This document shows positions 51,219-60,448 of a stretch of 64,000 bases of DNA, in pieces. This DNA comes from Candidatus Latescibacterota bacterium (GTDB lineage: Bacteria > Latescibacterota > UBA2968 > GCA-2709665). The position numbers and the translations under genes were made by a program. The notes under the pieces are model-generated. The model saw only the letters and a list, made by a program, of their open reading frames with translations. It was not told where the DNA came from and did not search any database. The stretch lies in assembly GCA_965205485.1 (NCBI GenBank), contig OZ242180.1, positions 2,688,001 to 2,752,000 on the forward strand, read 5' to 3'. The first letter of the stretch is position 1. Every line of letters starts with the position of its first letter.

Positions 51219-52430
51219 ATGCAGGCGACGTTGACCTGGCTCGATCTGACGGCAAGCGACCGGGACAAGATGCGGCGGGTGCTGGACCTGTTCAATGAGC
51301 AGGGCACCCTCGATGAGATGGGACTCGGAAACCTTCGAGACGCGATTTCTGACGCGCTGTTTCCCGGGACCTCTTATATCCAGACGCGGCTGCGCTATGT
51401 ACTCTTCATTCCCTGGATCTACCAGAGGCTGGAGGCGCGGCGCGTCAGGAGCGTGGATGTAGCACAGGCCGCGCGCAAGGCGGAAGTCGATCTAATCGGG
51501 CGGCTTGAGCAGGGCCAAGACAAGAAAGGCATCATCGGCGTACTCGCTGGCCATTCGCTAGTACGGTTGCCGAGTTCCATATACTGGAGTGCACTCACTC
51601 GATGGGACGTCTTCAGGCCTCAACAGAGCCAGAGTTGGTATCACACGAACTTCGATACCCTGTTGGAAGGTCGCAGCGACGTGGGGCGGGCAGACGATCC
51701 GGGCGTGATCTGGAGCCGAGATGCACACTGGAATCCGCGTATGCCAGAGCCACCGGACGGCTTTCCTGAGGGAGCATCCTTTGCGTTGACCCGCGACGAG
51801 GCGGACTTTCTTTGTAGCCGCCTGGAGGAAACGTGTGCCGGCACGCTTCTGGCGTGGCTGGCCCGCACTGGAACCGATTCGCCCGCGAAAGATTCCTGGA
51901 AGGATCCGGACGCTCTCCGTGCACCTCAGGATATCCTTGATACCGTCGAACTGGCACGGCGTTTTTCACTACATGTCGAGGGCATGCCGCTGCTCTACAA
52001 TCTGGTTGTGGCGGAACACCGCCGCGAGATGCTTGACTCTGACGATGAGGGCGAATTGATCAGCTCGTACCGTACAGAGCTCACTGAGTGGGCGGACTCT
52101 GAGGCGGAAGAAGCTCAACCATTCGATCCGGATCCGCTGTGGGAATTGGTAGCCCGACGCGGTGGGCGCACTCCACATCATCAACGACTCTTCATTCAAG
52201 ATTGGTCTCGACAGATTGCCAAGTTGGATGCCGACATGATCGCCGACGACCCACGGCTGCGGGCGATGGTAACCGAACGCGAGTTAAACCTGAAGGGAGC
52301 GCGCGCACGACTTGGAAACCGTAGTCGCCTGATGGAATGGACGCCAGGGGTAGGTGTTGGTCGGATGGACTTTCGCTGGGTTCGCGTCCGGCAGTTTCTT
52401 ACGGACCTTCACAGGGGGTTGGCCGCCTGA
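51219..52430 (+). CDS. DUF6361-family protein (defence triad, gene 1)
   Basis: WLD...GTLDEMGLG..RDA.SD.LFPGTS.IQTRLRY.LFIP; C-terminal MDFRW. Confidence 0.8.
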   Translation: MQATLTWLDLTASDRDKMRRVLDLFNEQGTLDEMGLGNLRDAISDALFPGTSYIQTRLRYVLFIPWIYQRLEARRVRSVDVAQAARKAEVDLIGRLEQGQDKKGIIGVLAGHSLVRLPSSIYWSALTRWDVFRPQQSQSWYHTNFDTLLEGRSDVGRADDPGVIWSRDAHWNPRMPEPPDGFPEGASFALTRDEADFLCSRLEETCAGTLLAWLARTGTDSPAKDSWKDPDALRAPQDILDTVELARRFSLHVEGMPLLYNLVVAEHRREMLDSDDEGELISSYRTELTEWADSEAEEAQPFDPDPLWELVARRGGRTPHHQRLFIQDWSRQIAKLDADMIADDPRLRAMVTERELNLKGARARLGNRSRLMEWTPGVGVGRMDFRWVRVRQFLTDLHRGLAA

Positions 52431-54265
52431 TGTTATCGCCCGATACGCGATCCACCGCCTTCGAATTGCTACGCCCGCCCTGCGGGTACCAACTCGACCT
52501 CGCGGTGCTTTCCACTTACACGCTCGATCTTGAAACACTGCTCGTACTCCCCTTGTCGGTACTTGCACATTCCGATGGTGGACTGGATGAGTTATTGGCC
52601 GATCCGCTCTGTCTGCAACAGGCAATCCGGGATGCGGGTGACCGCATTCATGCTTTCGTGGACGAATCCGGAATCGCGATTCCACGCAACGCGCGATCGC
52701 TGTACTCGATGCTTGAGTCGAGCGTCCACGCCGTACGTGCCCCGAATGGCGGCGCATTCCACCCAAAGGTGTGGGTGGCTCGATTCGTTGCCTCTGATGA
52801 GGATGCTGAAGACCTATTGCGCGTTGCGATCCTGTCGCGAAACCTGACCTTTGACCGTTCCTGGGACATCGCACTGACGAGCGAGGCGTCCATCCGGGGC
52901 CGTCGACGTGTCGCCGTGAGCAGGCCGCTACGCGACTTTCTGCTGACATTGCCGCAACTCTCAACCAGCCCCGTACACGAGAACGTCGTAGCACGTCTCA
53001 AGGCATTAGCCGAACAGGTTTCGCGAACCGCTTTCCCTGCCCCTGACGGCTTCGCCGATCCGGTCGCGTTCCATTTACTCGGATTGCAGAAACGCCGCCG
53101 TCTGTGGCGCCCGCCGTCTACCGGGTATCGAACACTCGCAGTATCGCCGTTCATCAGCCGGACCGGACTGGAGGTGGTCGGGGAGTTGAGCGGTAACGAC
53201 CGGATGCTGGTGAGCCGACAGGAGGAACTCGACAGACTCGGTCAGGATGCGCTGGCTGAATGGAACGATGTATTCGTCCTTTCAGATGCCGCGCATGGGG
53301 AATCCGACGAAAGTCTGGCTGATGAAAACCAACCCGCAGCTGGTGGAATTGATCGCCCGTCGGGGTTGCATGCCAAGATGATCGCCGTGGAGCATGGTTG
53401 GGACGTTACCTGGTACGTGGGTTCCGCGAACCTGACCTCGTCTGCATTAAGCGGCAGCAACGTCGAAATGGTGGCGTCCGTCACCGGCAGGAAGGGACGC
53501 AAGGGGGGCCACAGCGGTCATGGTATCGATCGGTTCCTTGACGCCGGATTTCGGAAGCTGTGTGTGAAGTATGAGAGAGTCGAACCGGAGAAAGAAGACC
53601 CAGCCATCACCGATTCGCGAAATCGTCTTGAGGCGGCACGGGACGCCCTGTTGAGGACTGACCTGTGCGTGAATTGCGTTTCCGCAGGTGACGCCTGGAC
53701 CTTGACGATTGACGGAGACGGTATTCCGTGCGCCGACGATGTCGAGGTCGTAACTTGGCCCGTCTCCGTCGCCGAAGATCAAGCCTTGCTGCTGGAGAAG
53801 GCGGTCAGTTGGAGGTTGCCCGTTGCGCGTCTTACGGCATTCATCGCCTTTCGGCTGAGCGTCGACGTCGGTGGCGTGGACGACGTCAGAATGACCCTTA
53901 GTCTACCCGCTCAAGGAATCCCGGAGGATCGCATGCATCACGTGCTCCGGGGCCTGTTGGACAGTCCGGAGAAGTTCCTTCGATTCCTTCGGGCATTGCT
54001 CGGCGGGCTCGATTCCGTTTTTGGCTGGGCGCAGGAACCCAGGCAGGGAGACGCGGCCTTCGCCTGGGGAATCGGGGAGGGTGGCGAGACATTGCTCGAC
54101 GACCTTGTCCGCACTGCCTCAAGAGACCCCGATCGCCTGAAGCCGGTACGTCGCCTGATCGACGACCTTCGGAAGACGGAAGAAGGGCGCCGTATCGTAC
54201 CTGACGAACTATTCGGTATCTGGACGGCAGTCGAGGAGGCACTCGCACCGGAGCCACGACTATGA
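52430..54265 (+). CDS. Phospholipase D-superfamily nuclease (triad, gene 2)
   Basis: FHPK...SRNLT and LHAK...GSANLT; TGATG coupling to the upstream gene. Confidence 0.85.
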   Translation: MLSPDTRSTAFELLRPPCGYQLDLAVLSTYTLDLETLLVLPLSVLAHSDGGLDELLADPLCLQQAIRDAGDRIHAFVDESGIAIPRNARSLYSMLESSVHAVRAPNGGAFHPKVWVARFVASDEDAEDLLRVAILSRNLTFDRSWDIALTSEASIRGRRRVAVSRPLRDFLLTLPQLSTSPVHENVVARLKALAEQVSRTAFPAPDGFADPVAFHLLGLQKRRRLWRPPSTGYRTLAVSPFISRTGLEVVGELSGNDRMLVSRQEELDRLGQDALAEWNDVFVLSDAAHGESDESLADENQPAAGGIDRPSGLHAKMIAVEHGWDVTWYVGSANLTSSALSGSNVEMVASVTGRKGRKGGHSGHGIDRFLDAGFRKLCVKYERVEPEKEDPAITDSRNRLEAARDALLRTDLCVNCVSAGDAWTLTIDGDGIPCADDVEVVTWPVSVAEDQALLLEKAVSWRLPVARLTAFIAFRLSVDVGGVDDVRMTLSLPAQGIPEDRMHHVLRGLLDSPEKFLRFLRALLGGLDSVFGWAQEPRQGDAAFAWGIGEGGETLLDDLVRTASRDPDRLKPVRRLIDDLRKTEEGRRIVPDELFGIWTAVEEALAPEPRL

Positions 54266-57200
54266 AGCGTCCTTGCGTCAGCGCGAGTCTGAAACCGCTA
54301 AAGTCCTTTCAGCGTCGTACCGTGGAGCACGCCTTCCACCGCCTGTTCACTGCGGAAGACGGAACCGGGCGTTTTCTGGTGGCTGACGAGGTAGGCCTCG
54401 GGAAGACGCTGGTCGCCCGGGGTATCATTGCCCGTACCATCGATCACCTCTGGACCGACGTCGAACGGATCGACATTGTCTACATTTGCAGTAACGCCAG
54501 CATCGCGCGTGCCAATCTGCCAAAGCTCAGGATCGGAGGCGCCGAAGAACGGTCGTTCGCATTAGCGACCCGTCTCACGATGTTGGCCACGCAACTGGCG
54601 CGTAAGGAAGGTGAACCTGGTCTGATCGACAGCAAGCTGAACTTCGTCAGCTTCACGCCGGGCACGTCCTTTAACATGGGGCAATCCGCAGGGCAGCGCC
54701 AGGAGCGGGAGGTGCTGTTTCAACTGCTCGATCCGCTGACAGAGCGGCGCACGGCGCTTATGAACTTCCTGCAGGGATGGATTACGGACAGAGATGACTG
54801 GCGCTGGTACCTTAAGAACCGCCCCCGCCCTATCGAAGACATGATACGTCGAAGGTTTGAGAATGCATTTTGCAAGCGCCACGGTCTGGAGGACAGATTT
54901 CAAGGCATCCTTGGTGCGTTCCGCCGCTACCGGGTAAATTGGCCTGACGATGTGCGGTACCAGCGGGACCGGCTCATATCCGAGTTGCGCCGCCTGCTGG
55001 CCGGAGTGTGTGTCCGCGCCCTCGAGCCGGATCTCGTGATCATGGACGAGTTCCAGCGCTTCAAGTCACTGCTCGACACAAGTGGCGTAGAGCGAGACCC
55101 TGCAGCGCACCTGGCTCACGAGTTGTTCCAGGCCAAGGCGCATGACGGTAAGCGCGTGCGGACGCTCTTGCTCTCCGCGACTCCGTACAAGCTCTACACC
55201 GCAGATGCGGAGATTGAGCAGGAAGACCATTACGAAGACTTTCTGGCAACTACCGAATTCCTCCTCGGCGATGAAGACGGTCGCGTTGAAGAGCTTAAAC
55301 GCCAATTGTCGCGTTTCGGGTCCGCGTTGAAGGGCACGGCGGCCGGAGAACCGGATAAGGCCAAGAGAATCGAACGCGCGAAGCACGAGGTCGAGGTATC
55401 ACTTAAGAACGTGATGGCACGAACCGAGCGTGTCGCAGCCAGTGAAGAGCACGACGCGATGGTGGCGGAGGTGCCGAGCAACGTGACCGTGACCTCAACC
55501 GATGTGCGCCAGTACCTGGCCGCAGATGCCCTGTTTAGGGCTATCGGTGACCGCGATCCGATGCCGTTCTGGAAGTCGGCGCCGTACCTTGCTCATTTCA
55601 TGCACGGTTACAGGTTCAACGAACTACTCGCAGAGGCGATTAAGTCACCGAGAAAGATCGTCGAGGTCTTCCAGCAGCACGAGTCTGCGTTCTTGAAGGC
55701 TGCGACGATTCGCTCCTGGGAGAGCATTGACCCCGGAAACGCGAAGCTGCGTGAGATGGTTGGGGAACTGATCGACGAGGGAATGTGGCGACTTCTCTGG
55801 ATGCCGCCGACGCTTCCGTACTGGCCGCTTGAAGGACCGTTCAAGGGAACGGCACAGGCAACGAAACGCCTGTTGTTCTCTGCATGGAACGTCGTGCCCG
55901 ACGTTGTCAGCGCCGTTCTGAGCTACGAAGCGGAACGTCTGATGACACGTAGTCCACGCGGCCGGATTGAATCCTACGAAAGACTCGTCGAGCAGCAGAG
56001 GCCGCTCTTGAGACTTACGCAGTCGGTAGTCGGTCGACGGTCACGACATCGTCTACTGCTTTTGCTCTTGCCCTGCCTTCCGCTGGCAGATGGGGCCCAT
56101 CCTCTTGATGCGCCGCCCGGCCAGGATCGCCGGGCGTGGGTCCGGTCGCGAGTCGACGAAATTCTTTCTGACACAGAGCTTCCGAACCCAAAGCAAGGTA
56201 ATATCGACGACAGGTGGGAATGGATCGCGCCGCTCCTGATAGATCCTGAACTGCGCGGTTTCCTTCGGGCTTGGGTGAACGGCGGGCTTCCCGGGTTGTC
56301 AGCAAATGAGCGACTACCGCAGCCAAACCCGGAAGTCTTTGGCGCTTACGTAGATGATTTGCTTGACGTCGAATTGCGTACCCTAGGCCGGCGACCACCG
56401 CATCTTGCAGAATTGCTCACCGACGTCGCACTTGGCTCGCCCGCAATACTCGCAGCACGCAGTCTAAGAAATAGGACGAATATCGGCGACGGTACGCGAC
56501 GTCGGCTCGCCGTGATGATTTCACTTGCGTTCTGGAGCCTCTTCAATCAGCCGGCTGTAATCACACTGATGCGTCAACTGGCTTCAGATTCGGCCGAAGC
56601 CAGGAATGAATCAGCCTACTGGCGTCTTGTGCTCGGCTATTGCCGGCAAGGCAACCTGCAAGCAGTACTGGACGAACAATGGCACCTGCTTTGGGACCAG
56701 GAGTCGTGGTCCGGCGACGCCAGCGGCGACGAAACCGCCGAAGGGTGCGCCCGCAAACTCATCCAGGTTGTGCGTCCAATGCGTGCTCGTGTCCATGCAA
56801 GGTTTTTCGAGATTAAGGGTGCAGGAGGAAATGGATCGACGCTTGCAAGTGATGAAGTCCGCCTTCGTACGGCTTTCGCGCTGCGCTTCGGCCACATCAG
56901 CACGGATGAAGGCGTTCACATCAGCCAGGACGCCGTTAGAGACGCCTTCAATAGTCCGTTTCGTCCCTTTGTACTTACCAGTACATCGATTGGGCAGGAA
57001 GGGCTCGATTTTCATCCTTGGTGCCACCGCTTGGTCCACTGGAACCTGCCCGGCAATCCGGTCGATCTCGAACAACGCGAAGGCCGCATCCATCGATACA
57101 AGGGACACGCGATCCGTCGAAATGTCGCTGCCCGCCATGCGCATGACGCGCTGACGTCATGGAGGGCCGGAGACGACATTTGGATACGGATGTTCGAGTT

Positions 57201-57471
57201 AGCCGACCAGGCGGCGCGAGCTTCCGGGGAAAGTGATCTGGTACCTCACTGGATCGCCCCCGGAGATTGCTTGGTACAGCGCCATGTGCCACTCCTGCCA
57301 TACACGACGGAGATCGAGGCGTTCAAACGCCTCAAACGTCAACTCGCGGCCTACCGGGTTGTCTTTGGGCAACCCCGCCAGGAGGAACTCGTTGCGCTGC
57401 TCGACCGATCTGACGTCGACGTCACGAAATTCAAAGAATGGGCGATCGATCTCTCGCCACCAGAGATCTGA
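54262..57471 (+). CDS. SF2 (SNF2-like) helicase (triad, gene 3)
   Basis: ADEVGLGKT, DEFQ, SAT, GQEGLDF, QREGRIHR; ATGA overlap. Confidence 0.9.
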   Translation: MKRPCVSASLKPLKSFQRRTVEHAFHRLFTAEDGTGRFLVADEVGLGKTLVARGIIARTIDHLWTDVERIDIVYICSNASIARANLPKLRIGGAEERSFALATRLTMLATQLARKEGEPGLIDSKLNFVSFTPGTSFNMGQSAGQRQEREVLFQLLDPLTERRTALMNFLQGWITDRDDWRWYLKNRPRPIEDMIRRRFENAFCKRHGLEDRFQGILGAFRRYRVNWPDDVRYQRDRLISELRRLLAGVCVRALEPDLVIMDEFQRFKSLLDTSGVERDPAAHLAHELFQAKAHDGKRVRTLLLSATPYKLYTADAEIEQEDHYEDFLATTEFLLGDEDGRVEELKRQLSRFGSALKGTAAGEPDKAKRIERAKHEVEVSLKNVMARTERVAASEEHDAMVAEVPSNVTVTSTDVRQYLAADALFRAIGDRDPMPFWKSAPYLAHFMHGYRFNELLAEAIKSPRKIVEVFQQHESAFLKAATIRSWESIDPGNAKLREMVGELIDEGMWRLLWMPPTLPYWPLEGPFKGTAQATKRLLFSAWNVVPDVVSAVLSYEAERLMTRSPRGRIESYERLVEQQRPLLRLTQSVVGRRSRHRLLLLLLPCLPLADGAHPLDAPPGQDRRAWVRSRVDEILSDTELPNPKQGNIDDRWEWIAPLLIDPELRGFLRAWVNGGLPGLSANERLPQPNPEVFGAYVDDLLDVELRTLGRRPPHLAELLTDVALGSPAILAARSLRNRTNIGDGTRRRLAVMISLAFWSLFNQPAVITLMRQLASDSAEARNESAYWRLVLGYCRQGNLQAVLDEQWHLLWDQESWSGDASGDETAEGCARKLIQVVRPMRARVHARFFEIKGAGGNGSTLASDEVRLRTAFALRFGHISTDEGVHISQDAVRDAFNSPFRPFVLTSTSIGQEGLDFHPWCHRLVHWNLPGNPVDLEQREGRIHRYKGHAIRRNVAARHAHDALTSWRAGDDIWIRMFELADQAARASGESDLVPHWIAPGDCLVQRHVPLLPYTTEIEAFKRLKRQLAAYRVVFGQPRQEELVALLDRSDVDVTKFKEWAIDLSPPEI

Positions 57472-57578
57472 AACGATCAAAAGTAGCTGAGAAGTTTCGG
57501 AATTTGGGCGTTGTGCGGGATTCCATACACGCCATTTGAGACACTAAACGCCCGTCGCGAAGACAAACTCGCTGTTCG

Positions 57579-57615
57579 ATTTCTCCTCACTTCGGAGAGA
57601 GGAGCGAATTGAAAC
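57579..57615 (+). CRISPR. Solitary type I-C-like repeat abutting a GTG start
   Basis: ATTTCTCCTCACTTCGGAGAGAGGAGCGAATTGAAAC; shares CACTTCGG, ATTGAAAC and upstream GCTGTTCG with the 46.7-kb mini-array. Confidence 0.65.
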
Positions 57616-58140
57616 GTGAAGCGCACACGGACACGTGCGATCGTGGGGTCATTCGTCTTCTTCTGGGTCGCGCCGGCTGTCGTTGCCGGCGTCATCCCGT
57701 TCGCGCTGGTCGGCTGGACGATGCAGCCGCCGCTGCTCGGGCTGCCCGGCGAGCGGGTATTGGGAGCCGCGGCCGTCGCGGCGGGTCTGGCCTGCCTGCT
57801 GGACTGCTTCGCCCGTTTCGCCCTCGAGGGTCGTGGCACACCGGCGCCGGTGGCGCAGACCGAAATACTGGTCGCTTCCGGCCTCTATCGGTTCGTGCGA
57901 AACCCGATGTATATCTCCATGTTGATCATCATTTCAGGGCAGACGCTGCTCTTTGGCCAGGCACGGCTGTTGGTTTACGCCGGGGTGGTGTTTGCCGCGT
58001 TCCACCTGAACGTGCTGCTCTATGAGGAGCCGCAACTCCGTCGAAGATTCGGAGGGTCGTACGAGACCTACCGCCTGCACGTGGGTCGCTGGTGGCCACG
58101 CCTGACGCCGTGGCGCGGGTCAGGTACGCCAGGCTGCTGA
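57616..58140 (+). CDS. Isoprenylcysteine carboxylmethyltransferase/PEMT-family membrane protein
   Basis: GRGTPAP, GLYRFVRNPMY, EEP.L..FG..Y..Y. Confidence 0.9.
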   Translation: MKRTRTRAIVGSFVFFWVAPAVVAGVIPFALVGWTMQPPLLGLPGERVLGAAAVAAGLACLLDCFARFALEGRGTPAPVAQTEILVASGLYRFVRNPMYISMLIIISGQTLLFGQARLLVYAGVVFAAFHLNVLLYEEPQLRRRFGGSYETYRLHVGRWWPRLTPWRGSGTPGC

Positions 58141-58376
58141 CGACGCCGGCAAATCAGGTGTGACGCTGAACAATGGAAAGAGGCAGCATGTCGGATCGTC
58201 CGCTCGGAAATCAGGTGGCGGTCGTTGACGGTCCGGATCCTGTCCAGGGGGACGTTCTCGAATATGCCTCCAGGATCGTTGCGGCCCCCGTTGTCAGGCT
58301 CACGCCTCATTGGAAATTCGCGCTCCTTTCAGGTTAATACTTCGCAGGACAACGCAACTCATTTTCAAGGAGGAAT

Positions 58377-58808
58377 ATGATGCTCAGGAACATCCTCGCC
58401 GCCGTCGTCGGCTACATTGCCATGGCCGCCGTTCTCTTCGTTCTCTTCTCGCTTCTGTGGCTGACGCTAGGGCCCTCGCGCGCCTTCCAGCCGGGTTCGT
58501 GGGAGGTATCCGGCAGCTGGGCACTCGGCTCACTCGTGCTCGGGCTCGTGGGCGCGTACATCGGCGGACGAGTCTGTGCCAGTGTGGCGCACAATGCCAG
58601 GGCCGCCACGATTCTAATCGCCGTCGTTCTCGTGCTCGGGGTGGTGACGGCCCTGATGCCGGTGGATATGTCGGCCGGACCGCGCCCGGACGACGTGTCG
58701 ATGATGGAGGCGACCGCAGGCGCTCGCCAGCCGGCGTGGTTCAACTGGCTCAACCCACTGATCGGGGTCATGGGCGTCTGGTTCGGATCGCGGAAGTTGC
58801 GCGCGTAG
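58377..58808 (+). CDS. Hypothetical 4-TM membrane protein
   Basis: AGGAGG RBS; four hydrophobic segments. Confidence 0.75.
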   Translation: MMLRNILAAVVGYIAMAAVLFVLFSLLWLTLGPSRAFQPGSWEVSGSWALGSLVLGLVGAYIGGRVCASVAHNARAATILIAVVLVLGVVTALMPVDMSAGPRPDDVSMMEATAGARQPAWFNWLNPLIGVMGVWFGSRKLRA

Positions 58809-58920
58809 CCGTCCATTTCCGGGGCGGATGAAAGGAATGTGCCGCGTATCGATACGCTGTACGATACGGCGTCGCGAATACGTCTCACGCCGGCTTTGGC
58901 CTGGCTGGTGAGTGTGTCGT

Positions 58921-59402
58921 TCATGGGGATGCGTCCTGAAAGCTGCGGCCCTGGGTGGATGACCGCATGCAATCGGAATTCTCACAAGGGTCGGAAACAG
59001 CGAACCGTTCGAACCGGTGGCGATTCAGTTCGGCAGGCAATTCGATTAAGGCGCCCGCATCACGCGAGGCAATGGCCCAATCCAGGAGCAGGTCGTATTG
59101 CCACGTTTCCTGGAGGCCTCCAAACCACTGCATTTCCTCGGGCAAGATAACACAGACGACGTTGGATCCAGATCGCACGGGCCAAGGCATCCGGAGAACG
59201 TCAGTTGCACCGACCTGTTGAGTTTTTCAATTTTCCACCGATGCTTAATCCAGTCGCGGGGCACTGGCGGGAAGCCATTTTCTGTCCTGCCGCAGCAACA
59301 GCCTTCGCAGAACACGATCTGCCCAAGAACGCGGTCCCGGGCCGGAGCCAATGTTCCGTCTCTGGCGAGCGTTTCGCGGATGCGCTGAGTCTGAGCATTC
59401 AT
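58921..59402 (-). pseudogene. Frameshifted thioredoxin-like (2Fe-2S) ferredoxin/metal-binding protein
   Basis: CEGCCCG...SGCLGPCDL in one frame continues as SNVVCVILPEEMQWFGGL in another; shift near 59165-59172. Confidence 0.7.
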
Positions 59403-60448
59403 TACGTGTTGCTCACTCGCCAGGCCGTCACGCCGCCCTGTGCGTCGAGCGCGGCCAGCGCGCGGCCGTCCGGCCGCCAGTACAATTCGGCCACGGCGCC
59501 CGCCACAGCCGCGGTCCCCATCGGATCGCCTCTTCCATCTTTCCGAATCGACCACACGACCACGGCGCCATCACGGCCTCCCGATGCGAGGCGCATTGCG
59601 CGCGGAGCGAAGGCAAGCGTCGTGATGGGTTGAACATGAAACTCCAGGACGCCGGGCTCCGTGTCTTCGGGACCCCTTCCCGCGAAGTTCCAGACGGTCA
59701 CCGCCTCCCCTCCGCCGGTGGCCAGGAGGGTGCCGGTGTCATCGAAAGCCAGGGCCGACGGCTTGGCGGGATATCCTGACATCATGGAGTCCTCCTCCGT
59801 GGCACGACGCCAGAAGTGAACCGAATTGTCCTGGCTGCCGCAGACCACGATGCCCCCGTCCGGACTCAGTACCATCGAAACCAGGGATCCCTGCCATTCC
59901 AGTTTCTGGCGAATCTCGCCGCTGGACGCGTCGAAGAATGCCACGCGACCGTAACAGGCCGTCGCCAGTTCTCCCGCGCTCGACCAGGCGATTGCGCTGA
60001 CGGTGCTGGGATGATCGTCAGATCGCCAAATCTCCGCGCCGTCCGCATCATACGCGCGAACCTGTCGGGAGCAGGAGGCCGCCAACCATCGGCCGTCCGG
60101 CGACCACGCCACGTTTTCAACCCAACCGCTTCCAACGTCGATAGCCCTGCCTACCTGGCCTTCGGCGGCGCTCCAGATCAAGACCCGGCTGTCCTGGCCT
60201 GCCGTAGCGAACACGGTTCCGCCAGGGTGGATCGCCACCGCGAGTACACCGCCTTCGTGAACCCCGCGCCGTTCCCAGGCGGTCGCGCCGGACTTGCCGT
60301 CGAATGCGTAGACGCCGCCCGCGGCATCACCGACAATCAGCGCCTCACCGCGAAGGCACCAGCCCCCTGCGATGGCATAGTCGCCAACCGCCGCGGACCA
60401 GCCCCGGCGAAGCGCGCCACCCGAGCTTCCCACATTCAAACCAGACAT
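59402..60448 (-). CDS. WD40-repeat protein associated with COG0523
   Basis: WSPDG, GSQDNSVHFW, MSGYPAKP, ASGGRDG. Confidence 0.85.
   Translation of the reverse strand: MSGLNVGSSGGALRRGWSAAVGDYAIAGGWCLRGEALIVGDAAGGVYAFDGKSGATAWERRGVHEGGVLAVAIHPGGTVFATAGQDSRVLIWSAAEGQVGRAIDVGSGWVENVAWSPDGRWLAASCSRQVRAYDADGAEIWRSDDHPSTVSAIAWSSAGELATACYGRVAFFDASSGEIRQKLEWQGSLVSMVLSPDGGIVVCGSQDNSVHFWRRATEEDSMMSGYPAKPSALAFDDTGTLLATGGGEAVTVWNFAGRGPEDTEPGVLEFHVQPITTLAFAPRAMRLASGGRDGAVVVWSIRKDGRGDPMGTAAVAGAVAELYWRPDGRALAALDAQGGVTAWRVSNT

Noticed and set aside
44475..58140. cas genes, integron integrase or attC sites to explain the repeats
   Set aside because: No Cas, RAMP or tyrosine-recombinase motifs seen; the helicase is SNF2-like without an HD domain, so not Cas3
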